This document shows, in pieces, positions 1 to 7,188 of a DNA stretch of 10,517 nt. Within the stretch, counting starts at the first letter, position 1, and every line of letters starts with the position of its first letter. The notes under the pieces are model-generated. The model made no database searches and was not told where the DNA came from. It worked only from the letters and a program-made list of their open reading frames with translations. The position numbers were made by a program, and so were the translations under genes. The stretch is from a candidate division WOR-3 bacterium (GTDB lineage Bacteria; Hydrothermota; Tepidihabitantia; Tepidihabitantales; DTDR01), in assembly GCA_039801885.1 (NCBI GenBank), contig JBDRVN010000052.1:1-10517 (forward strand), written 5' to 3'.

Positions 1-159
1 ACCGGAAATTTAGATTCGGAGAATGCTTTTAATATCTTTAAAATCTTTGAAAATCTCTCAAAAGAAGGTTATACTTTAGTTGTTGTTACCCATAATTGGG
101 AATTGATAAGTAAGTTTAATGTTAGAAAAATAAACCTAAAAGATGGAAGGATTATATGA
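1..159 (+). CDS. C-terminal part of an ABC ATP-binding protein, FtsE/LolD-like (5' end outside the window)
   Basis: Not in the ORF track. Frame 1 reads TGNLDSENAFNIFKIFENLSKEGYTLVVVTHNWELISKFNVRKINLKDGRII*. It has the D-loop (EP)TGNLD, the H-loop VVVTH and the terminal LKDGRI typical of FtsE/LolD/MacB-type ATPases. The stop TGA at 157-159 overlaps the next ATG (ATGA). Confidence 0.88.
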   Translation, partial: TGNLDSENAFNIFKIFENLSKEGYTLVVVTHNWELISKFNVRKINLKDGRII

Positions 160-1058
160 TTTCAATATTTTTATTTAATTTGAAGCAATATGGTTTAGAA
201 ATTATTCCTTCAATTTTATTAGGTTTCTTATTGAGCGGAATTATCCATGAATTTGTTCCGCAAAACATAGTAAACAAATATCTTGGGAAAAAGGATATTT
301 GGAGTTTATTAAGGGTATCTCTTTTAGGGATTATCTTACCTTTATGTTGTTTTGGTTCTTTACCGGTAGCGGTGGGTTTTAAGAAAAAAGGAATGCCTTT
401 GGGTTCAATTTTAGCCTTTTTGGTAACAACACCAGCAACCTCTATTTCGGCAATTTTAATAACCTATAAACTTCTGGGAGTAAAATTTACAATTTATTTA
501 TGTTTAGCAGTTATTCTTATGGGAATTATTATTGGAATTATTGGCAATCTTTTAAAAGTAGAAAATGAAATAAAGGATGAAAGTGATATCTGTCCAATGT
601 GCGAAGAGGCATCTTTCCATCTTTTTCATATGCACCACCAAAAAGGTTTTAAAAAGAAAATTATTTCAATTTTAACATATAGTTTTATTGATTTACCAAA
701 AGAGATTGGTTTGGAATTAATAATCGGAATAATTTTAGCAGCCGTTGTTGCTACCATTACGCCAATTGGATTATTAATTAAGAAATATCTTAGCGGTCCT
801 TATGGATATTTATTTGCGATTATTTTTGGTTTATTAATGTATATTTGTGCTACGGCTTCGGTTCCTTTGGTTGCTGCTTTTTTATACCAAGGTTTAAATA
901 TCGGCGCAGGTATGGTTTTATTATTAGCCGGTCCAATAACCAGTTATGGAACAATTTTAGTTATTAGAAAAGAGTTTGGTTTTAAAGTGTTAATTATTTA
1001 TCTTGCTTTAATTATTATTTTATCATTAATCTTTGGTTATTTATTTACTTATCTTTAA
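156..1058 (+). CDS. ArsP/DUF318 (COG0701) family permease, probable metal or metalloid efflux transporter
   Basis: 300 aa, highly hydrophobic, with two internally repeated halves. Family motifs PLCCFGSLP, FLVTTP, MYICATASVP and LLAGP are present. The central hydrophilic loop contains CPMC and HLFHMHH. Confidence 0.85.
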   Translation: MISIFLFNLKQYGLEIIPSILLGFLLSGIIHEFVPQNIVNKYLGKKDIWSLLRVSLLGIILPLCCFGSLPVAVGFKKKGMPLGSILAFLVTTPATSISAILITYKLLGVKFTIYLCLAVILMGIIIGIIGNLLKVENEIKDESDICPMCEEASFHLFHMHHQKGFKKKIISILTYSFIDLPKEIGLELIIGIILAAVVATITPIGLLIKKYLSGPYGYLFAIIFGLLMYICATASVPLVAAFLYQGLNIGAGMVLLLAGPITSYGTILVIRKEFGFKVLIIYLALIIILSLIFGYLFTYL

Positions 1059-1068
1059 GGAAATAGAA

Positions 1069-1208
1069 ATGGCAGAAGAAGTATTGGATAAAAAAGATAA
1101 TGAAAAATTAATTAAAGAATTTGAGAAATTTGAAAAAGAGATTACAGGTTATGGTTTACATAAAAATATCACCAAATTATTAATGAATTAAAGAAATTTT
1201 ACAAATAG
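1069..1208 (+). pseudogene. Truncated, frameshifted 3' remnant of a hemerythrin-like (HHE) domain gene
   Basis: ATG at 1069 follows AAGGA (1057-1061). It reads MAEEVLDKKDNEKLIKEFEKFEKEITGYGLHK and stops at 1191 in frame. Restoring one base at the A5 run (1162-1166) continues ...H(E/K)KYHQIINELKKFYK* to TAG 1206-1208. The combined sequence resembles the C-terminus of bacterial hemerythrin-domain proteins. Confidence 0.55.
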
Positions 1209-1210
1209 TT

Positions 1211-2455
1211 TTATTCGCCGTACATTGCAATAATTTCTTCTTTTTTCTTGCCACGGATTTTATATTTGTCACCAACCTTCTTAAAGGCTTCTAAGGCTTG
1301 GTCAATATGGTCTTTTTCGTGGGCAGCAGAAAGTTGAACCCGAATTCTTGCTTCACCTCTCGGAACTACCGGATAGAAGAAACCAACAACATAAATTCCT
1401 TCATAATATAAATCACGAGCAAATTCTTGAGATAACCGAGCATTATAAAGCATTATTGGAACTATTGGATGAATTCCTGGTTTGATATCAAATCCCAGTT
1501 CGGTCATTTTCTCACGGAAATATTTTGTATTCCATTCCAATTTATCCCTTAATTCAGTTGTTTCCGTTAATAAATCAATTACCGCAATTGTTGCACTTAC
1601 AATTACCGGACTTAAGGTATTAGAAAATAAATAAGGTCTGGAACGTTGTCTTAAGATTTCGACAATCTCTTTTCGGGAAGCAGTGCAACCGCCAGAAGCA
1701 CCACCCATTGCTTTACCAAAGGTTGTAGTAATTATATCAACCCTTCCCATTACATTGTGATATTCTGGTGTTCCTCTACCAGTTTTACCAATAAAACCAG
1801 TAGCATGGGCATCATCAATCATTACTAAGGCATCATATTTATCAGCCAATTCACAGATACCGGAAAGATTGGCAATATCACCGTCCATCGAAAAGGCACC
1901 GTCGGTAGCAATTATTCGGAATCTTTTATGTTGGGTGGCTTTTAATTTTTCTTCTAAATCTTTCATATCACTATGTTGAAAAATAAATCTTTCTGCTTTA
2001 CACATTCTCACTCCATCAATAATTGAGGCATGATTTAATCGGTCAGAAATAATCGCATCTTGTTCATTAAATAACGGTTCAAAAAGTCCAGCATTAGCAT
2101 CAAAGCAAGAAGAATATAAAATTGCATCTTCGGTCCCTAAAAATTGAGCAATCTTTCTTTCTAAAATTTTATGAATATCTTGAGTTCCACAAATGAAACG
2201 AACCGAAGAAAGGCCAAAACCATGAGATTCTAACCCTTTTCTTGCTGCTTCCATCACCTTTGGATGACTTGATAAACCTAAATAATTATTCGCACAAAAA
2301 TTTAAAACCCTCTTTGGTTTTGAGCCTTCGGGATATTCAACAATAATTTCTGAAGATTGGGGAGTTAAAATATATCTTTCTTCTTTATAAAGTCCGGCTT
2401 CTTTTGTTGCTTTTAATTCATTACTTAAAAACTCTCTTATTGCTCCGTATGCCAT
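1211..2455 (-). CDS. kbl: Glycine C-acetyltransferase (2-amino-3-ketobutyrate CoA ligase), PLP-dependent
   Basis: Motifs [64 protein letters not shown] (PLP lysine), [10 protein letters not shown] and [11 protein letters not shown]. The start is moved from the track's TTG (2461) to ATG at 2455, which lies 5 nt downstream of a GGAGGT Shine-Dalgarno (2466-2461). Confidence 0.95.
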   Translation of the reverse strand: MAYGAIREFLSNELKATKEAGLYKEERYILTPQSSEIIVEYPEGSKPKRVLNFCANNYLGLSSHPKVMEAARKGLESHGFGLSSVRFICGTQDIHKILERKIAQFLGTEDAILYSSCFDANAGLFEPLFNEQDAIISDRLNHASIIDGVRMCKAERFIFQHSDMKDLEEKLKATQHKRFRIIATDGAFSMDGDIANLSGICELADKYDALVMIDDAHATGFIGKTGRGTPEYHNVMGRVDIITTTFGKAMGGASGGCTASRKEIVEILRQRSRPYLFSNTLSPVIVSATIAVIDLLTETTELRDKLEWNTKYFREKMTELGFDIKPGIHPIVPIMLYNARLSQEFARDLYYEGIYVVGFFYPVVPRGEARIRVQLSAAHEKDHIDQALEAFKKVGDKYKIRGKKKEEIIAMYGE

Positions 2456-2481
2456 ATCCAACCTCCATTTTTATTTTATAT

Positions 2482-2509
2482 ATTATAATTTGAAAATAAA
2501 TAATTTCAA
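2482..2509 (-). promoter_or_regulatory. Predicted sigma70 promoter for kbl
   Basis: Minus strand: TTGAAA (2509-2504), 16 nt spacer, TATAAT (2487-2482), followed by a short leader carrying GGAGGT. Confidence 0.6.
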
Positions 2510-2518
2510 TTGTATAAT
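2490..2518 (+). promoter_or_regulatory. Predicted sigma70 promoter for the UbiA-DUF362-NifU operon
   Basis: TTGAAA (2490-2495), 17 nt spacer, TATAAT (2513-2518). The ATG at 2529 follows 10 nt later with no Shine-Dalgarno. Confidence 0.65.
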
Positions 2519-2528
2519 TATTTAATTA

Positions 2529-3410
2529 ATGAGGAATGTTTATTATTTTATTATTTCATTAAGACCCCACCAATGGCTTAAAAATATTTTAATTTTTGCT
2601 GGTTTAGTATTTGCCCAGAAGTTATTTGATATTTCTTTATTTTTAAAAACGGTTTCTGCTTTTTTTCTTTTTTCCTTTGCTTCTGGTTCCCTTTATATAT
2701 TGAATGATATTAAAGATTACGAAAGAGACAGACTCCATCCGGAAAAGAAAAAAAGGCCAATTGCCAATGGTTTAATAAAAAAAGAAATTGCTTTTATTTT
2801 AGCGCTTCTTTTACTTTTTTTTTCATTAATTTTTTCTTATCTTTTATCCTCTTCCTTCTTTTTTGTCTTAATCTTTTATATTATTTTATCAATATTTTAT
2901 ACTCTTTATCTTAAAGATATTGTAATCTTAGATGTGATTATTGTTGCACTTGGTTTTCTTTTAAGAGCTTGGGCAGGAACAGTGTTGATTAATGTTTCTC
3001 TTTCTGAATGGCTCTTTATCTGTACTATTTTACTTGCATTATTTTTAGCATTAACCAAAAGAAAAACCGAAATCGAAATGCTTAACGAAAAAGCAATTTC
3101 TCACCGAAAAGTTTTAAAAGATTATTCCCATAATTTTATTGACCAAATGATTAGTGTAGCAACCGCTTCTTCTTTGATTGCTTATAGTATTTATACTGTT
3201 GCTCCGGAGACGATAAATAAATTTAAAACCAAAAATTTGGTCTTCACATTACCTTTTGTTATTTACGGAATATTTCGCTATCTTTATTTAGTTTATCATC
3301 GCCAATTTTCCGAAAATCCGGATAAGGCATTTATTAAAGATATTCCTTTGTTAATAAATATTATCTTATGGTTTATTTGTGTGACACTTATTATTTATAA
3401 GATAATATGA
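2529..3410 (+). CDS. UbiA prenyltransferase superfamily membrane protein, decaprenyl-phosphate phosphoribosyltransferase-like
   Basis: 293 aa multi-pass membrane protein with LRPHQWLKN, YILNDIKDYERDRLHPEKKKRPIANG, YTLYLKD, GFLLRAWAG, KRKTE and YGIFRY. These motifs are characteristic of the mycobacterial Rv3806c-like (DPPR synthase) subfamily. Confidence 0.88.
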   Translation: MRNVYYFIISLRPHQWLKNILIFAGLVFAQKLFDISLFLKTVSAFFLFSFASGSLYILNDIKDYERDRLHPEKKKRPIANGLIKKEIAFILALLLLFFSLIFSYLLSSSFFFVLIFYIILSIFYTLYLKDIVILDVIIVALGFLLRAWAGTVLINVSLSEWLFICTILLALFLALTKRKTEIEMLNEKAISHRKVLKDYSHNFIDQMISVATASSLIAYSIYTVAPETINKFKTKNLVFTLPFVIYGIFRYLYLVYHRQFSENPDKAFIKDIPLLINIILWFICVTLIIYKII

Positions 3411-4489
3411 GCGAAGTTTTTGTTTTAAAGACAAGCCCCAATAAAATATTAGAAGATTATGAGAAATTACTTCATTTAGCAAATTATCAAGAATTTTTAA
3501 AAAAAGATAAAGAGATAATCATTAAATTAAATTTATCCTGGACGCTTTTTTATCCGGCTTCTTCTTCTCCTCCCTGGCAATTAGAAGGAGTAGTGAGAAC
3601 TTTATTAAAAGATGGTTATGATAAAGAAAAAATTTATCCTTGCGAAAATAAAACGGTTGTAACTGATGTGAGGAAAGGAGCAAAAAATCAAGGTTGGCTT
3701 AATGTTTTAAAGAAATATGGTTTAAAATTCTATCCTTTACCAGAACAAGAGTGGATAAAATATGATTTCAAAGGATCCTTATTAAAACTTGATAAAATTT
3801 TTAAACAAGGTATTTATATTCCTAAAATTTTTATTAATAAAAATGTTATCCATTTACCAACAATGAAAACCCATGGTCATTCAATTACCACCGGTGCTAT
3901 TAAAAATGCCTTTGGCGGGCTCTTAAAAGAAGTGAGACATTATGGACACGAATTTATCCATGAAGTATTGGTTGATTTGCTTATAATGCAAAAAGAGATC
4001 CATCCAACAATCTTTGCAGTAATGGATGGTACTGTTTGTGGCAACGGCGCTGGTCCAAGAACAATGCTTCCTTATATTGGCAATTTAATTTTAGCTTCTT
4101 TTGATTCGGTAGCCTTAGATGCGGTAGCAGCAAAGATAATGGGATTTGAGCCTTTAAAAATTGATTATTTGAGAATTGCCCATGATTTAGGATTAGGTTG
4201 TGCTGATTTAGAAAAGATAAAAATTTATGGCGAAGATATTTCTTCTTTAAATTTTCAATTTAAAACTAAAAAGAGTTTTGTTATCTTTGGCGACCAGCAA
4301 TTAAGAAAAGGATATTTAAGATTTTTAAAAAGAATTGCCCTCCATTCACCGTTATGGATTTGGGCACCCCTTGCTTCGACCTTTTATCACGATTTTTTAT
4401 GGTATCCTTTTATTGGTAAAAATCGCTTAAAAAGGTTTTTAGAAAGTGAATGGGGGAGACTTTTTAAAAAATATTTAAAGGAGGATTAA
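3407..4489 (+). CDS. DUF362 domain-containing protein
   Basis: Motifs IIIKLNLSW, LPTMKTHGH, TGAIKNAFGG, MDGTVCGNGAGP, LILASFDSVALDAVAAKIMG and AHDLGLG match DUF362. ATGA overlap with the upstream gene. Confidence 0.85.
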   Translation: MSEVFVLKTSPNKILEDYEKLLHLANYQEFLKKDKEIIIKLNLSWTLFYPASSSPPWQLEGVVRTLLKDGYDKEKIYPCENKTVVTDVRKGAKNQGWLNVLKKYGLKFYPLPEQEWIKYDFKGSLLKLDKIFKQGIYIPKIFINKNVIHLPTMKTHGHSITTGAIKNAFGGLLKEVRHYGHEFIHEVLVDLLIMQKEIHPTIFAVMDGTVCGNGAGPRTMLPYIGNLILASFDSVALDAVAAKIMGFEPLKIDYLRIAHDLGLGCADLEKIKIYGEDISSLNFQFKTKKSFVIFGDQQLRKGYLRFLKRIALHSPLWIWAPLASTFYHDFLWYPFIGKNRLKRFLESEWGRLFKKYLKED

Positions 4490-4491
4490 AA

Positions 4492-4731
4492 ATGAACGAA
4501 GAAATAAAGAAAAATATTAAAGAAACCTTTGAAAAAGAGATAAGACCAGGATTAATGGCTGATGGTGGTGATGGCGAAATTGTTGAAATTACTGATGATG
4601 GGATTGTGAAGGTAAAATTATTGGGTAGTTGTGCGAGTTGTCCTTTTGCTACTTTAACTCTTGCTTTAGGTATTGAACAAAGATTAAAAGAAAAATTTCC
4701 GGAAGTTAAAAAAGTAGAAAATATTATATAA
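4492..4731 (+). CDS. NifU/NfuA C-terminal domain Fe-S cluster carrier protein
   Basis: 79 aa with IRPGLMADGGD and LLGSCASCP (CxxC), the NifU_C signature. Strong Shine-Dalgarno AGGAGG at 4479-4484. Confidence 0.92.
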   Translation: MNEEIKKNIKETFEKEIRPGLMADGGDGEIVEITDDGIVKVKLLGSCASCPFATLTLALGIEQRLKEKFPEVKKVENII

Positions 4732-5946
4732 TTAAGGAGGAAAAGGGATTCCTTCTAAAAAATTCTGTCGATAAGCAAAATTTAAAGGTAAGGAATAAAA
4801 AAGGGTGTTATAAAAGCCGACACGTCGGGGTCTTTTTGATAAGCGATAAATAATATTTCTTAAAGAATAAAATTCTCTTTTTAAAATAACTGGTGAAGTC
4901 TCTGATAAAAATGGTTGATAGGTAGGATAGATTAAATAAAGCTGGCTATTTTCTAAAAGAAAAAACCTCAATTCTAAAAAATCAAAATCAATTTTTCTTA
5001 AAATATTAAAAATTTTTTTAAAATTTATTTCTCTTTCTTTTAAAATAAATGAGAGTTTTGCTCCAACAAGAATTTTTTCTTTTTGAAGCGATTTTACCTC
5101 CTTTCTTTTTTCTCTTATTAGTTTCTCTCCTTTTTCGATTAACCCATCTAAATTTAACCAACTTTCATTTAAATAAATAACTTTAACACCCGCTTTGGCT
5201 AAAAGTCGAATAAATTTGGGATTAGCAAAAATATTTTGAGAAGCCCTTATAATCCAATGTTTTTTAAATCGCCAAACAAAAGAGAAAAAATCAGAATAAT
5301 AAATAAGATTACTGGCAATATCTTCATCATCAATCTCTATCAATTTTTTTTGCTTATTGATAACTTCCTTAATCACTTCTTTTATCTCCCGAACTTTTAC
5401 ATTATTTTTAAAATAAAGGAAATTCTTACAAAAAGGTTTAAAATCTTCTAAACAATAACAACCAATAATTAAAGAAATCTTAGAATTAATAGAAAAGTAA
5501 TTAGGCGTAAAAGAAGCCTGATAAATTTTTTTTATTTCTTGATTGTTGATATCATTAATAATTTCGGAAATAATATTTGGTAAAAAACCAATTACGAGTG
5601 ACAAATCTTTTTCTTTTAAACTTTCTAATAACGAAGGCTGATAATAAAAATAATGAGTTATTAGAGGACCAAAAAGAAAAAGTTTCTTCCGACTATTGAG
5701 AATTTCTTCTGTTAAGAAATTAATCGTTGGGAAATCGGTTAAAAAATCACAATAAAGAAAAATATATTCATAATTATTTAACTCTAATCTTCTTATTCTT
5801 AAATCTTGATAATCAAAATCTAAAAAATTTTTCATTTGGAAAATATCTTCTTTTTCTTTTAAAAAATAATTAGCGCCTTTCGGCGGAAAATTCTCCTGAT
5901 AAGAAAGGTTTAAAAAAGGCGTATATAAAAAAAGGAATTTTTTCAT
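4732..5946 (-). CDS. Divergent cobalamin-binding/radical SAM-like protein with non-canonical cysteine motif
   Basis: Aligns by eye along its length with B12-binding radical SAM proteins: LFLFGP (like VLGGP), LVIG...IKKIY, IGC...PFC, REIKEVIKEV, IEIDDEDI (like FVDDNI), LLAKAG and EFYSLRNI. The Cys motif is CYCLEDFKPFC instead of CxxxCxxC. ATGA overlap with the rseP stop. Confidence 0.65.
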   Translation of the reverse strand: MKKFLFLYTPFLNLSYQENFPPKGANYFLKEKEDIFQMKNFLDFDYQDLRIRRLELNNYEYIFLYCDFLTDFPTINFLTEEILNSRKKLFLFGPLITHYFYYQPSLLESLKEKDLSLVIGFLPNIISEIINDINNQEIKKIYQASFTPNYFSINSKISLIIGCYCLEDFKPFCKNFLYFKNNVKVREIKEVIKEVINKQKKLIEIDDEDIASNLIYYSDFFSFVWRFKKHWIIRASQNIFANPKFIRLLAKAGVKVIYLNESWLNLDGLIEKGEKLIREKRKEVKSLQKEKILVGAKLSFILKEREINFKKIFNILRKIDFDFLELRFFLLENSQLYLIYPTYQPFLSETSPVILKREFYSLRNIIYRLSKRPRRVGFYNTLFYSLPLNFAYRQNFLEGIPFPP

Positions 5947-7187
5947 TTTGTTTTAAAAATTCGGGAAAGGTCATTATAGAAAGTGAAAAGGATTAAAAGC
6001 ATAATTATTGCCCAACCAATGGTAATGGCAGTATTCAACTCTTTTTTTGTTAATCTTCTTTTCATAATATGTTCAATTATAAAAATCAATCCCCGACCAC
6101 CATCTAAAACTGGAATTGGTAAAATATTAACAACAAAGAGGTTGATTGCTAATAGTCCAAATAGCGCTAAAAAATATTCCCATCCCCAACGAAGGCTTTC
6201 GTAAGTTAACTGGGCAACCATAATCGGACCGCCCAAAGTTTTCCGTGAAATCTCACCGGTAATCAATTTATAGATAACCACGAAAGTCTGAGTAATTACA
6301 TAACCGCTACGAATAAAAGCTTGCGAAAAAGATTGGAAAAAATTTATTTTTTTCTTTGGCAAATAAACCCAAATGCCAATCTGACCAATTTTTTTTGAAG
6401 AAGTATCCGGAGCCACTAATTGAGGAGTAAGATAAGTTGAGAAAACTCCTTTTCGGCGATAGGTAATTTTTATCTCTTTTCCTCCAGAATTTCTTATTTT
6501 TTCAATCAAATTTTCCCAACTATAAATAAAAGTATCATTAATCGCAATAACCGTGTCGTTAGGTAATAAACCGGCTTTATCGGCTGGGCTTCCTTTTTTA
6601 ACCCTTTCAATGATTGGTAAGATTAGAGGAGAAAGATTGCGAAAACTATCGTTGATTACCCAGGAAAAATTAATTAATTTTCCTTTTCTCAAAATAGAAA
6701 AAAAAGCTTCTTTGTTTAAATTTTTCTCTAAAATTTCATAGGCGTCCTCAAAAGAATTAATCGTATCGTTATTAATAGCAATTAAAATATCTTCTTTTTC
6801 GAAATAGCCAACTTTTTTTTCAAAATTGATTATTGGTGGTGAATATTTCATTCCGAATAAAAAATATAAAAGGAAAATAAGAAAAATTCCTAAAATTAAA
6901 TTGGCAAAAGGACCCATAAAAACTACCATTAGTTTTCTTCCAGTCGGTTGAAGTAAAAATCCGCCTTCTTCCTCTTCTTCTTCACCTTTTAATTTTATAT
7001 AACCACCCAAAGGTATTAAGGAAATAGAATAACTTGTTTCTTTAATCTGTTTTGTTATTAAAGGTGGTCCAAAACCAATAGAAAATTTCTCCACCGGAAT
7101 TTTATAAATTTTGGCGGTGATTAAATGACCAATTTCGTGAATAGTAATCAAAATACCAATAACAATTACTACTATCAATAAATTCAT
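5943..7187 (-). CDS. rseP: RIP metalloprotease RseP (M50 family, PDZ domains)
   Basis: HEIGH zinc motif, FSIGFGP, IPLGGY, GPFAN, PDZ region (SPADKAGL), GGPI and NILPIPVLDGG. It follows dxr, as in the conserved gene order. Confidence 0.96.
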   Translation of the reverse strand: MNLLIVVIVIGILITIHEIGHLITAKIYKIPVEKFSIGFGPPLITKQIKETSYSISLIPLGGYIKLKGEEEEEEGGFLLQPTGRKLMVVFMGPFANLILGIFLIFLLYFLFGMKYSPPIINFEKKVGYFEKEDILIAINNDTINSFEDAYEILEKNLNKEAFFSILRKGKLINFSWVINDSFRNLSPLILPIIERVKKGSPADKAGLLPNDTVIAINDTFIYSWENLIEKIRNSGGKEIKITYRRKGVFSTYLTPQLVAPDTSSKKIGQIGIWVYLPKKKINFFQSFSQAFIRSGYVITQTFVVIYKLITGEISRKTLGGPIMVAQLTYESLRWGWEYFLALFGLLAINLFVVNILPIPVLDGGRGLIFIIEHIMKRRLTKKELNTAITIGWAIIMLLILFTFYNDLSRIFKTK

Positions 7188-7188
7188 T

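Noticed and set aside
2456..2461. TTG start for kbl given by the ORF track
   Set aside because: It overlaps the GGAGGT Shine-Dalgarno; the ATG at 2455 has proper spacing.
5236..5451. 71 aa plus-strand ORF
   Set aside because: Antisense shadow inside the 4732-5946 gene, with no SD and no recognisable motif.
5983..6741. Two plus-strand ORFs (5983-6204 and 6553-6741)
   Set aside because: Both lie antisense within rseP and have no independent coding signal.
6966..6986. Poly-Glu run (GEEEEEEGG) in RseP as a tandem repeat
   Set aside because: Mixed codons in a linker that is commonly acidic in RseP proteins; not a repeat element.
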